Source of the DNA: a virus
DNA length: 64,000 nucleotides
Reading direction: 5' to 3' (one strand)
IMG/VR virus record: IMGVR_UViG_3300046616_000431
Coordinates: 32,001 to 96,000 of that record
Shown here: positions 37,479-47,003 of the stretch, piece after piece
Numbering within the stretch: position 1 is the first letter of the stretch
Layout: each line of letters starts with the position of its first letter
The notes under the pieces: generated by a model
The model's database searches: none
Seen by the model: the letters and a program-made list of their open reading frames with translations, nothing else
Told to the model about the DNA's origin: nothing
Translations under genes and position numbers: made by a program

Positions 37479-39533
37479 GTGGACCGCTGCCACCTGTACA
37501 TGCCGCTGATTGACTCCTCCGGCGAGACCTACCCGTTCGCCGAAGTGACGCTGCTCGACTCCGAGACGGGCACCCCCATCGAGGTCCCTGTCTACCTGGA
37601 GCCGATCGGCGGTGCGCCGCAGACGTGGCCCATCCTCGTCGACCCGGCCGTCGTCGACCTGTGGCTCGACGCCCCGGCGCGGGTCACACTCCAGGCGCTC
37701 CTCCCCGGCGGATCCAGTTTCACCCGCGCTGGCGTGGACATCTCCCCGGCCCCGGCCGCCACCGTCCGCACCAGGGAGCCGCTGCACATCGGCTCGGCCG
37801 AGGGCCTCAACAGCGACGCCATGCTGGCGGTTTCACCGGACGGCTCGGCGGTCTGGCAGGTCCTGGACGTGCTCCGAGACCACCGGCACGGCGGCGACGC
37901 CCCCGACTCGACCTCGCTCGGCATGGCGGACCTGCAGGACATCTACCCGGGCCAGACCTGGCTCGGCGGCAGCATCAGCGGCAACCAGGGCACCGACGCC
38001 ACCGTCATGGGCTACCAGGCCCAGCCCAACGCCGACGAGGCAACCGCGATCGGCCGGGGCGCGACGGCGGACCTGCACGGTGTCGCTGCCGGAGTCACCT
38101 CCACCGGCAATGTCGACGCCGTCGCCCTGGGATTCGGAGCCACCGCGTCGAAGCCGGAGCAGATCACTCTCGGCCGCAACGCCAGTGCCGCAGCTGGTCC
38201 GAACAGCGCCATCGTGCTCGGCTCCGGGCTGGCCGCCGAGGCCACGACCGACACCAAGGCCCGGGGCGTGCACCTGCTCACGGACGGCAGCGTCGTCCTG
38301 GGCAACGGTCTCCTGCCGGACCTGAGCTGGGTGGGCGACTCATACACCGCGATCCTCGGCAGCGCGGTCGTACCCCGGTACTTCGCCGCCCGGGACGCCG
38401 TCTCTCTCGCCGGGCCGGTCAACCCCCTCGGCTTCTACGGAGGCGCCGGGGACTACCGGCCGATCGTCGATGTCAGCGGCATCACGACGGCGACGGTCGG
38501 CCGCGACGCGCTGATGTCCCTGATGGCCGCGCTGAACGACCTGGGGATGATCTACGCAACCCAGGGGGCGATCGACGACGAGCTGGCCGACCTGACGAAG
38601 GTCACCGCCTCGGCCAACGTCGTCGTGGAGACTGGAGACGCCGACGGCTCCAAGGCGGGCGACACCAACCGGATCAAGCGCAACGCCGCCGGGGTCGGCA
38701 CGGTCACGTACTTCCGGTCCGCTGGCATCCGGGACTTCCTGGCACGGGCCTTCACCTGGCACCAGCCGTCGAACCCAGACAACCACGAGGCCGAGATCAT
38801 CGCGCACGCCTCGCCGGACAACGTCACCTGGACGCCGGTCAAGATGACGTGGCGCCCGCTGGTGGCCACGACGGCCGACTGGTACCAGAGCTGGATCTCC
38901 AACACGCGCCCCATCCCGGCCGGGATGAAGTACGTGCGCCTCACGCTGGGCGTGAACGTCCAGGTGTGGACGCCGCAGCTCGGCCGGATCATCGTGCGGG
39001 CGTACCCCCGCCGGAACCTGGTCCTGAATCCGACCCTGGGCACGGGCATCGCCAACACGAGCTACCACGGGTACAACGTCACCCGCGCCTACGACACCAC
39101 GCAGGGCTTCAGCGGCACCAACTCCATCAAGATCACCAATGGCTCCACGCAGAGCGGCGGCCCCTCCTTCACCATGGAGCCGGTGTCTGCCCAGCAGATG
39201 CTGCAGGCCGGAATCTACGTGAAGCTGCCGACCTCCGGCTTCTCCGCTGGCCAGTTCGTCTGGCGCTCGGGGACGACGGTGCTGAAGTCGGAGCCCATCA
39301 CGCCGCCGACGACCGGCGCGTGGACGCGCTTCACCAGCGTGTACACGCTCGCGGCTGGCCAGACCTGCGACAACGTCGCTGTCGTCTTCACGCCGACGAC
39401 AGCGAACCTGTCCTGGAACGCGGACGCAGCCATCGCGGTCGTGGGAGACACGATGCCGGGCTTCTTCGACGGCACGTCCACGGGAGCCGCCTGGGAGGGC
39501 GCCCCCCACGCCTCGGTCTCCCGGCTGGTCTGA
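37479..39533 (+). CDS. Tail fibre with YadA-like repeats and C-terminal CBM-like domain
   Basis: ATAIGRGATA, AVALGFGATA; RRNLVLNP...FFDG...AWEG..HAS.S. Confidence 0.7.
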   Translation: MDRCHLYMPLIDSSGETYPFAEVTLLDSETGTPIEVPVYLEPIGGAPQTWPILVDPAVVDLWLDAPARVTLQALLPGGSSFTRAGVDISPAPAATVRTREPLHIGSAEGLNSDAMLAVSPDGSAVWQVLDVLRDHRHGGDAPDSTSLGMADLQDIYPGQTWLGGSISGNQGTDATVMGYQAQPNADEATAIGRGATADLHGVAAGVTSTGNVDAVALGFGATASKPEQITLGRNASAAAGPNSAIVLGSGLAAEATTDTKARGVHLLTDGSVVLGNGLLPDLSWVGDSYTAILGSAVVPRYFAARDAVSLAGPVNPLGFYGGAGDYRPIVDVSGITTATVGRDALMSLMAALNDLGMIYATQGAIDDELADLTKVTASANVVVETGDADGSKAGDTNRIKRNAAGVGTVTYFRSAGIRDFLARAFTWHQPSNPDNHEAEIIAHASPDNVTWTPVKMTWRPLVATTADWYQSWISNTRPIPAGMKYVRLTLGVNVQVWTPQLGRIIVRAYPRRNLVLNPTLGTGIANTSYHGYNVTRAYDTTQGFSGTNSIKITNGSTQSGGPSFTMEPVSAQQMLQAGIYVKLPTSGFSAGQFVWRSGTTVLKSEPITPPTTGAWTRFTSVYTLAAGQTCDNVAVVFTPTTANLSWNADAAIAVVGDTMPGFFDGTSTGAAWEGAPHASVSRLV

Positions 39534-39543
39534 GGAGGCAGGG

Positions 39544-41091
39544 GTGGCGACCTTCAGCAGCCCGCACGGCCTTTTTCCATGTCAGCAGGAGGGGGTCGCC
39601 TTCGCGTTCCTCAAGCGCTCCGGCCTCATGGTCGCCGACACCGGCATCGGCAAGTCGGTCATGGCGCTGGCGCTCGCGGCGCTGCTGGCCGACGAGGACG
39701 CCGAGGACCTGGTCCTGCTGGTCTGCAAGACGAACAAGGTCGCCGAGTGGGCCGAGGACTTCGCCGCCTTCACCACCCTGACCCACCGCGTCCACCACGG
39801 TCCGGCCCGGCACAAGCAGCTGGGCAAGCTCGGGGTGCCCCACGTCCTGATCTCCACCTTCGAGACCCTGCGCACGGACCTGGTGACCTTCGGCGTCCGG
39901 CCGGGCAAGCGGGCCACGACGCCCTCGGACGCCCCTCTCCTCGAAGCGCTCCTGCAAGCGCAGGCCGACGGCCGCCGGATCCTCGTGGTCTACGACGAGA
40001 TCTCGGACAAGCTGCGCAACCGGTCCAGCCGGATGTACAAGGCCCACTGGTACGCCCTGAACCGGCTGCGCAAGGCCCAGCCGGACATGCGGGCCATCGG
40101 GCTGACGGCGACGCCGATGGCCAAGTCGTACGAGGACGGCTTCAACCTGCTGCGGCTGCTGGTCCCGGACGCCATGCCCCAGGTCAAACAGTTCGAGGAC
40201 GTCGTGATCAAGCAGCGGGACGAGTACGGGCGCCCGCGCTACGACCAGCTCGGCGTCGACTGGTTCGTGGAGCTGGCCCAGCAGCACATGTGGAGGAAGC
40301 GGAAGACGGACCCGGATGTGCGCGGATTGTTCCCAGCGCGCATCGAGGAGTTCCGCAAGCTGCACATGAATCGCGACCAGCAGCAGCTGTACGACGTCGT
40401 GACGTCACTGCAGGATGGCCAGGAGACGCCCGTGCCGGGTCTGTGGACCGCTCTGCGGCAGATCGCGGCCCATCCGGCCGCCCTGATCCACTCCGCGACG
40501 CACGGCGAGTCCCAGATGGCACGGGAGCTGGTGCAGGCGTTCGGGGCTGAGTTCCTGCGGTCGGTGTCGTCGAGGAAGGCCGAGGAACTTGTCGAGTACC
40601 TGTCACCCATCATCCATGGACAGGGTGACAAAGCGGTCGTGTTCTCTCAATTCGGGCCGTCCGTACTGCCGTTGCTCGCCGAGGCCCTGCTCAAGGAAGG
40701 GATCCGCAGCTACCTCTACGTCGGCGACATGAACACCGCCGAGCGGGAGCAGGCCCGCCGGTCGTTCCGCGCCGACAGCGGCGCCTGTGTCTTCCTGACC
40801 TCCGACGCGGGCAAGGACGGCATCAACCTGCCCGAAGCCACCTACCTGGTCGAGTACGAGTCCGCGCTGACCTACGAGACCCGCACGCAGCGCCTCGGCC
40901 GGATCGACCGGGTCACCTCGACGGCGGCCTCCATCACCTGCACCACGTTCGTCCTGCAGGGCACGGTCGAGGACGGCATCGTGGACACCATGCTGGAGCG
41001 CAACGAAATGGCGGACCGGTTCCTGGGGGACACCGGCGCCGAAGGCCACGTGGGGGCCGTACAGCGCCGCGCCAACCTCGTCTTCAGCTGA
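39544..41091 (+). CDS. SNF2-family helicase
   Basis: ADTGIGKS, YDEIS, LTATP, KAVVFSQF, AGKDGINL, QRLGRIDR. Confidence 0.9.
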   Translation: MATFSSPHGLFPCQQEGVAFAFLKRSGLMVADTGIGKSVMALALAALLADEDAEDLVLLVCKTNKVAEWAEDFAAFTTLTHRVHHGPARHKQLGKLGVPHVLISTFETLRTDLVTFGVRPGKRATTPSDAPLLEALLQAQADGRRILVVYDEISDKLRNRSSRMYKAHWYALNRLRKAQPDMRAIGLTATPMAKSYEDGFNLLRLLVPDAMPQVKQFEDVVIKQRDEYGRPRYDQLGVDWFVELAQQHMWRKRKTDPDVRGLFPARIEEFRKLHMNRDQQQLYDVVTSLQDGQETPVPGLWTALRQIAAHPAALIHSATHGESQMARELVQAFGAEFLRSVSSRKAEELVEYLSPIIHGQGDKAVVFSQFGPSVLPLLAEALLKEGIRSYLYVGDMNTAEREQARRSFRADSGACVFLTSDAGKDGINLPEATYLVEYESALTYETRTQRLGRIDRVTSTAASITCTTFVLQGTVEDGIVDTMLERNEMADRFLGDTGAEGHVGAVQRRANLVFS

Positions 41092-41105
41092 CCTGCACAA
41101 AAGAC

Positions 41106-41142
41106 GGGAGCCCCACGGGAATGACCTCCCCCTGGGGCTCCC
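41106..41142. terminator. Hairpin between convergent SNF2 and rep-like genes
   Basis: CGGGAGCCCCA/TGGGGCTCCCG stem. Confidence 0.55.
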
Positions 41143-41230
41143 GCTCGCGCGTCGGATTTGGCTCCCCGGGAACTCCCGGACCAGCACCGCGTGACGACCG
41201 TATCACCCACAGTCCGCAGGATGAACAGCT

Positions 41231-41300
41231 TTCTCAGCAACGACACAACCCCAGAGGGGCGCAGCCTGGGGGGTCACATCGAATGTGTCAAAGCTGAGAA
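41231..41300 (+). repeat. Copy A of ~70-bp element (candidate ori/inc site)
   Basis: 61/71 identity by hand alignment to the reverse complement of 42200-42270; terminal IR TTCTCAG-N4-GACACA. Confidence 0.8.
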
Positions 41301-41609
41301 CTCGCTGGTCACACGCTCTTTGAATGCTTCAGGCACCGTGCTGAGGTCCACAGAATCCTGGAAGCCTATGAAGACAGCCCAGCCATCGCCCCACTTCCGT
41401 GCGATGGCGCACATGGGGTAGGGGTCCCGGGTCAGACCTCGGTACTTCAGGTTGTTGCGTACGCCTGGAAGGGCGGCCTGTGCCTCTGCTTTAGGCAGGC
41501 ACCGTGTGGCGGGAATCGGTCGCTGCATGGGCAGAACCGTAGGCGAGCGGAAACAGGCTGGCAAGGGCACGTATGGCCCCTGATCTGGGGAAACGGTCGT
41601 ACTGGAAGG

Positions 41610-43007
41610 TCAGGCGGCCTGGGCGAGCTGGTTCCTGCGGACCAACTCGTCGTAGCTGGGCTCCTCTTCGAGCCAGAGCAGCCTGCCGTCCGAGGCGATG
41701 ACCAGGTCGGAGATGATCTCGCCGGTCGCCGGGTCGATGACCTCGTTGCCCCACTGCCAGCGCTGGTCGACCTCGTCGCCACGGACGGGCGTCACGTCGG
41801 CCATACGGCGCTCCCGCAGGCGGGGGAGGGTGATCTCGTGCCAGATCAGCCGCTGGGCCTTGTGCAGCTCCAGGCGGCGCTGAGAGGTCCCCTCGGTGCC
41901 CACCTGGGCCGCCACCGCATCCCAGCCGTCCCAGGCCTCGGAGAGCGCCTCCTGGGCCGTCTCAGTGAGCGCCCAGAGGCTTCCGTCCCGGGTCACCAGG
42001 TCGTACTCAGCAAGGCGCTTCAGGTGGCGGTACGCGGTGGCGACGCTGAGCATGGCGCTCTCGGTCAGTTCGGCCGCCGTCTGCCTGTCGTTCCTGCTCA
42101 GGGCGGCCAGCAGCTTCAACGAGGAGGCGCCCAGACCCCGGTGGGCGAAGGCATCGAGGGACATCAGCCGAGAGATGACGGCACCGTCCAGGTCACCGTT
42201 TCTCAGGTTCGACACACTCGATTGCGCCCCCCCAGGCTGCGCCCCCATGGGGTTGTGTCGACGCTGAGAACGGTCTTCAAAAATCATCCACTGGGACCCC
42301 TTCTCACCCGAGCCGGACTCCATCAGCCGGACCCAGCCCTTGAGGCGCTGCGTGGTGGCGATGTAGGCGGTCCTGGCGGTGCACCCAGCGATCTCGGCGG
42401 CCTCGCGGTAGGAGAGCGTGTAGACGCGGCCCCCAGCGCGGTGGGCGGCCTTCCAGTGGGCCATCAGGACGCGGAGGTTGGTCGATCCGGCAGTGCCGCG
42501 CCAGGAGGCGCTGGTGATCCGGTCCCGCAGCTCGATGAGGTCGATGACGGCGTCCTGGCGGGAGCCGATGGCCACCCCGGACCCGACGCACTTGACCGCG
42601 CGCTGCCAGACCTTGTCGATGTACTTGTGGGCCGAGGGCATGCTCATGTTGCGGACGTGGTTGCCGCCGGTGGACGGCCAGTCGATGAGCGCCTCGGTGA
42701 ACTGGTCCCGGGTCCAGCGGTGCCGGACGGCAGCAGCAGCGACGGCTGCGGTGATCGCGTGGCCGTGCTTCGACTTCGCGGACTGGAGGCTGGAGGCGTC
42801 GGTCGAGCCGTAGCGGCTCTCGGTGTCGCCGTCGATCAACACGCCTGCCATACGCGGCGAGAGGGCCGGGAAGCGGTGCGACCAGTGGTTCGACTGCAGG
42901 TCACGCGGGGACGCGTCGCGCAAGGTCGCGGTTGCGGAAACGACACCGAGATTCAGGTCACTTTCGGCGTGCCGCACGGGCTGAGAGATACTAAAATGAG
43001 CAAGCAC
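41610..43007 (-). CDS. Putative plasmid-type replication initiator (helical bundle + two wHTH)
   Basis: LSYREAAEIAGCTARTAY and QTAAELTESAMLSVATAYRHLKRL wHTHs; internal IR element in the linker; flanked by long non-coding regions; start uncertain. Confidence 0.55.
   Translation of the reverse strand: MLAHFSISQPVRHAESDLNLGVVSATATLRDASPRDLQSNHWSHRFPALSPRMAGVLIDGDTESRYGSTDASSLQSAKSKHGHAITAAVAAAAVRHRWTRDQFTEALIDWPSTGGNHVRNMSMPSAHKYIDKVWQRAVKCVGSGVAIGSRQDAVIDLIELRDRITSASWRGTAGSTNLRVLMAHWKAAHRAGGRVYTLSYREAAEIAGCTARTAYIATTQRLKGWVRLMESGSGEKGSQWMIFEDRSQRRHNPMGAQPGGAQSSVSNLRNGDLDGAVISRLMSLDAFAHRGLGASSLKLLAALSRNDRQTAAELTESAMLSVATAYRHLKRLAEYDLVTRDGSLWALTETAQEALSEAWDGWDAVAAQVGTEGTSQRRLELHKAQRLIWHEITLPRLRERRMADVTPVRGDEVDQRWQWGNEVIDPATGEIISDLVIASDGRLLWLEEEPSYDELVRRNQLAQAA
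42200..42270 (-). repeat. Copy B of ~70-bp element, inside the rep-like CDS
   Basis: Encodes the interdomain linker SQRRHNPMGAQPGGAQSSVSNLR; inverted relative to copy A. Confidence 0.8.
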
Positions 43008-43290
43008 GGAGTGCTCGGCCCTTCTCTTTGGTCAGACGGAGAGGCCGGACCACCGTGAGGGCGATGGTCAGACCGCATAGGTCGCGTCGCCTGGCGGGAA
43101 CCCGTCCTGGCGGGTTGGGTTCCTTTTCCTGCTCGGCTTGCTTGGCGGCTTGACCGAGTGGATGAGACCTCCCAGGCGGAGGTCGAGCCTTACGTGAGGG
43201 GCGCGGGAACCTGTGGCGGGTTCCTAGCGCCCCTCCAGCTTTTCTACGTGCTGTCCATGATCGAAAGCTCCCTTGGCGGGGCCGGGCAGC
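43004..43290 (+). ncRNA. Candidate multi-hairpin countertranscript RNA with UGGCG loops
   Basis: GTGCCG-N17-TAAAAT promoter-like box at 42969-42997; five hairpins with GGC(G) loops; G-U pairs favour +. Confidence 0.45.
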
Positions 43291-43524
43291 GCGCTGACCG
43301 GCGAAGCGTGGTGGTGGGCCGAAGGTGGCGGGTACGGGCCCAGGGCACATTGAACATCATCAGACCCCGGTATGGGGAGTCAGGGTGCGATATAGCACTC
43401 CTGACGGCGTGTCGGCTGCCCGCCAGATCCGAACGACGAGTTCCGTGAGAACGCGGCCCTGCTTCGGTAGCGTGCGAAATCCGCCAAGATAACCCGCCAC
43501 GCGTTGCCTAGGGGCCCATCCGCC

Positions 43525-45615
43525 ATGTCTTCAGCCCTGCCTGGAACCTTCCTCTCCACCCAAGCCGTCCTCTCCCAAGCGCTGCCGAACTACCGCGAAC
43601 GACCGCAGCAGTTGAACCTCGCCCTCCACATCGAGCACACCTTCATGGACCGCCTGGAGGAGGAGATCGAGTCGGAGGGGGCCCCGCGCGTCCTCATGGC
43701 CGAGGCCGGGACCGGCACGGGCAAGTCGCTCGCCGCGATGATCCCGCTCATCCACGCCAGCCGCCGGGGCGGCCGGTACATCGTCGCCACCTCGACGATC
43801 GCCCTCATGAATCAGTACATTCGTACCGATTTGCCGATGCTGGAGCGCGAACTGGGCAAAGTGGGCGTCAACTTCACCTGGGCACCGCTCAAGGGAATTT
43901 CCAACTTTGCATGTGCCGTCAAGCTCGCCGAGGGCCCGGCCATCGCGAACCTCAAGCCCCTGCTCGACGAGCTGAACGCCACCGACGACGAAGGCCAGCT
44001 CACGCACACCGGCGACAAGGACGACATCCAGACGCCGATCGACCACCGCACCGAGTGGAAGCTCCTGTCGGCAGGCCAGGACGAGTGCCCCGGCCGCTCC
44101 AAGTGCGCCATGGCCGAGAGCTGCTTCGGCATGAAGCACAAGGACCAGGCCATGGAGGCGGGCATCGTCGTCACCAACACGGCCGTGCTCATGCTGGACA
44201 CCAAGCTCTACCGGCAGACCCGCCGGACCAGCGCGACCGGCGAGGGCATGCACATCCTGCTCGGCGACTACGACGGCCTGGTCGTGGACGAGGCGCACGA
44301 ACTGGAGTCGACCGCGACTTCGCACCTCGGCATCGACGTGAAGCAGGGCGGCCTGATCCGCTACACGGACCAGGTCGTGAACTTCATCAACACCCACAGC
44401 GAAGACGACGCCGGAGCGCAGCTCCAGCAGGACAAGATCCTCGCGCACCTCGCTGACGTCGGCGACGGCATCCTGGAGGTACTGGGCAAGGAGGAGCGGG
44501 CCACCCTCGGCACCGACTTCATCGTCGAGAACTTCTCCTCGTTCGAGTCGCTCTTCGTCGAGCTGATGGACCTGATCGCCAAGCTGCGCAAGACCAAGAT
44601 CGACCGAGGGGACGCCGAGCGGTACGAGGACGTCAAGGCGCGGCTCAGCACCCAGGGGAGCAACTACCTCGCCCACCTCAAGGAGATCCTGCTGGCCGAG
44701 CCGGACAAGGTCGTGCGCTGGGCCGAGACCTACGGCGACCGCCGCCGCGAGGGAGGCCCGCGCTGGGCCATCAAGACCGCGCCCATCGAGGTCGGCGACT
44801 ACCTCCGCGAAGAGCTGTGGAGCCGGGTGCCCTCGGTCCTGATGTCCGCCACCCTCAGCGCCGGAGTCGGCCGGTCCCGCTTCGACTACATCCAGCGCTC
44901 CCTCGGCCTGCAGGGCGCCGAGATCCTCGACGTCGGCACCCCCTTCGACTACCCCAACCAGGCCCTGCTGTTCGTCCCGGAGTCCAGCGTGCCGTCCCCG
45001 AGCCCCAACACCCGGGGCGCCTGGGAGACCTGGGTCCGCGAGGCCACCTTCAAGCTGGTGCAGATGGCCGGAGGCGGAGCCATGCTGCTCTACACCTCCC
45101 GCAAGGCCATGGATGACGCCTACGACGCGCTGTGGCCGCGCCTGCAGGACATCGGCTGCCAGAGCTTCCTGCAGGGCAGCGACCTCACGAACAAGGAGAT
45201 CGCAGCCCGCTTCCGCGACGACGAGGACAGCGTCCTGTTCGGCCTGCGCAGCTTCATGACGGGCATGGACTTCCCCGGCCGGACGAACCGGCTGGTCGTC
45301 GTGGACAAGCTGCCCTTCGCCGTGCCGACGGACCCGATCCACATGGCCCGAGAGGACGCCATCCGCAACCGCGACGGCAACCCCTTCATCGACCTGGCCA
45401 TCCCCACCATGACCCTCACGCTGGAGCAGGCCTTCGGCCGCCTGATCCGCAGCACCGACGACCGGGGTGTCGTCGCGATCATGGACTCGCGCCTCTCCTC
45501 GACCTGGTGGGGCCAGAAGATCCAGGCGGCGCTGCCGCCCGCGCGGCGCACCACGGCCTTCGCCGACGTGGAGGACTTCTACGCCCAGGACTCCGCGCTG
45601 GAACTCGCCTCCTGA
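43525..45615 (+). CDS. dinG: DinG/YoaA family helicase
   Basis: ERPQQ Q-motif, EAGTGTGKS, Fe-S Cys, VVDEAH, MSATL, DKLPF, QAFGRLIR. Confidence 0.93.
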   Translation: MSSALPGTFLSTQAVLSQALPNYRERPQQLNLALHIEHTFMDRLEEEIESEGAPRVLMAEAGTGTGKSLAAMIPLIHASRRGGRYIVATSTIALMNQYIRTDLPMLERELGKVGVNFTWAPLKGISNFACAVKLAEGPAIANLKPLLDELNATDDEGQLTHTGDKDDIQTPIDHRTEWKLLSAGQDECPGRSKCAMAESCFGMKHKDQAMEAGIVVTNTAVLMLDTKLYRQTRRTSATGEGMHILLGDYDGLVVDEAHELESTATSHLGIDVKQGGLIRYTDQVVNFINTHSEDDAGAQLQQDKILAHLADVGDGILEVLGKEERATLGTDFIVENFSSFESLFVELMDLIAKLRKTKIDRGDAERYEDVKARLSTQGSNYLAHLKEILLAEPDKVVRWAETYGDRRREGGPRWAIKTAPIEVGDYLREELWSRVPSVLMSATLSAGVGRSRFDYIQRSLGLQGAEILDVGTPFDYPNQALLFVPESSVPSPSPNTRGAWETWVREATFKLVQMAGGGAMLLYTSRKAMDDAYDALWPRLQDIGCQSFLQGSDLTNKEIAARFRDDEDSVLFGLRSFMTGMDFPGRTNRLVVVDKLPFAVPTDPIHMAREDAIRNRDGNPFIDLAIPTMTLTLEQAFGRLIRSTDDRGVVAIMDSRLSSTWWGQKIQAALPPARRTTAFADVEDFYAQDSALELAS

Positions 45616-45620
45616 ATTTG

Positions 45621-45650
45621 TTGGCACCTACCCCAAAGCTGGGGTACCTT
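45621..45650 (+). promoter_or_regulatory. Housekeeping-sigma-like promoter with palindromic spacer
   Basis: TTGGCA-N18-TACCTT; TACCCCA-AAGC-TGGGGTA in the spacer. Confidence 0.5.
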
Positions 45651-45698
45651 AATTCCACGCCAAGATAGACCGCCTTAAATCGCACCAGGAGCATCAAC

Positions 45699-46454
45699 AT
45701 GTCTGCTGCCACCACTGAGATCGCCCCCACCTACGACTTCGACAAGCTGGCCGTCTCCCTCAAGGCCAACCCCGAGACCGACCTCGCCTCCCTCCTCAAC
45801 GAACTCGCCAAGCCCCCGGCGCCCTCCATCGTCGACAAGCCGGTCGTCAAGAAGGCGGATCCGTCCGCGACCCAGGCCCTCAACGAGGAGATGAACCGCT
45901 CCGTCGCGGCCCTCGCGAAGGTCTTCGGCAAGGTGGCTCTCCCGGCGACGCGGCGCGAGCTGCGCTCCCACGAGCTGACCGGATTCCTGACCGAGCAGGA
46001 AGAACTCAACGCCGCGAAGAAGGTCATCGAAAAGCGCCTCGGGCTGATTAAGAGCAGCGTCTCGGACCACTTCGACGTCGTCGTGGAGAAGGCCGGGATC
46101 GCCGAGCCGGGGAAGACCCCGGTCGACAAGAATGGCCACTACCTGGTCGGCGGCAGCAGCAAGGAGAAGCGCCTGGAGGCGCGAGTCCCGGGCTCGGCGA
46201 CCTGCTTCGTCCGCGAGAAGGGCGACGACAAGACCTCCCTCAGCGGCGAACTGCTTCTGGACCTCTACGAGACCGGCAAGATCACCCGGGCCGAGTACCT
46301 GGCGGTCACCAGCGAGGTGACCAGCCGCGTCCTCGACCAGAGCAAGCTGCGCGCCGGTCTCCTCTCCAAGGCGCGGATGGCGCGCACCCAGGAGATCATC
46401 GAGGCGATCACCGTGGTTACCTACGGCAACAACAGCATCAACGTCCGGAAGTAG
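45699..46454 (+). CDS. Hypothetical protein
   Basis: AGGAG RBS; strong codon bias. Confidence 0.7.
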   Translation: MSAATTEIAPTYDFDKLAVSLKANPETDLASLLNELAKPPAPSIVDKPVVKKADPSATQALNEEMNRSVAALAKVFGKVALPATRRELRSHELTGFLTEQEELNAAKKVIEKRLGLIKSSVSDHFDVVVEKAGIAEPGKTPVDKNGHYLVGGSSKEKRLEARVPGSATCFVREKGDDKTSLSGELLLDLYETGKITRAEYLAVTSEVTSRVLDQSKLRAGLLSKARMARTQEIIEAITVVTYGNNSINVRK

Positions 46455-46544
46455 CAGAACACCCTCGCAAGAGGGGGTATGCATCAGCCGCACCTCCGCC
46501 CCGTAGTGAACAGGGGCGGAGGTAGCGGCGTATGGAAGGTCATC

Positions 46545-47003
46545 ATGAACGAGCCGGACCCCATCATCATTGAGCCCTACGAGGAAAGGCGCAGCGCCGA
46601 TCCCAAGAGGAACAAATACGTCCTCTACGACGAGGACTTCGCGCTGGAGACCGATCCCCGGTCCCAGCCGCTGGACCCGGGACAGACGCTACGCATCCCC
46701 CATTACTCACTGGGCGTCATCGGTGACTGGGTGTTCGCCCGGAATATCCACTGGCTGCGCAACCAGTTCAAAAAAGGCGTCCCCAAGCTGAATGGGAAGC
46801 CCCTGAGTTTCCGCTACATCACGGGCCGCGCCGGTCGCCCCGAGAGGCGCCTGACGCTCCCCGACATTGAGCGTCTCGCCTGGGCCCTGTACGACCGAGG
46901 AGACATCGACGGACTGACGCTGCAACGCGCCTCGAAGATCCTGGTCGCCGTCGCCGACCAATACGGTGCCCTCGTGGGCGACGACGGAAAGAAGATCACG
47001 TGA
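46545..47003 (+). CDS. Hypothetical protein, possibly MerR-like DNA-binding
   Basis: GGAAGG RBS; RRLTLPDIERLA resembles the MerR wing motif. Confidence 0.5.
   Translation: MNEPDPIIIEPYEERRSADPKRNKYVLYDEDFALETDPRSQPLDPGQTLRIPHYSLGVIGDWVFARNIHWLRNQFKKGVPKLNGKPLSFRYITGRAGRPERRLTLPDIERLAWALYDRGDIDGLTLQRASKILVAVADQYGALVGDDGKKIT

Noticed and set aside
33682-39533. Diversity-generating retroelement or invertible fibre shufflon
   Set aside because: No reverse transcriptase or recombinase, and no adenine-variable repeat pair seen; paralogy is at the protein level only
41158-41570. Short ORFs 41158..41421 (+) and 41274..41570 (-)
   Set aside because: Poor codon bias, no RBS, and they overlap the repeat element; more likely non-coding origin-associated DNA
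43090-43335. CRISPR-like array or tRNA cluster
   Set aside because: Stems differ in sequence and only the 5-6 nt loop recurs; no cloverleaf or T-loop consensus found by eye
46490-46527. Hairpin containing CCTCCGCC as a member of the CGCCA-loop family
   Set aside because: The motif is in the stem, not the loop; looks like an ordinary terminator after the 45699 gene
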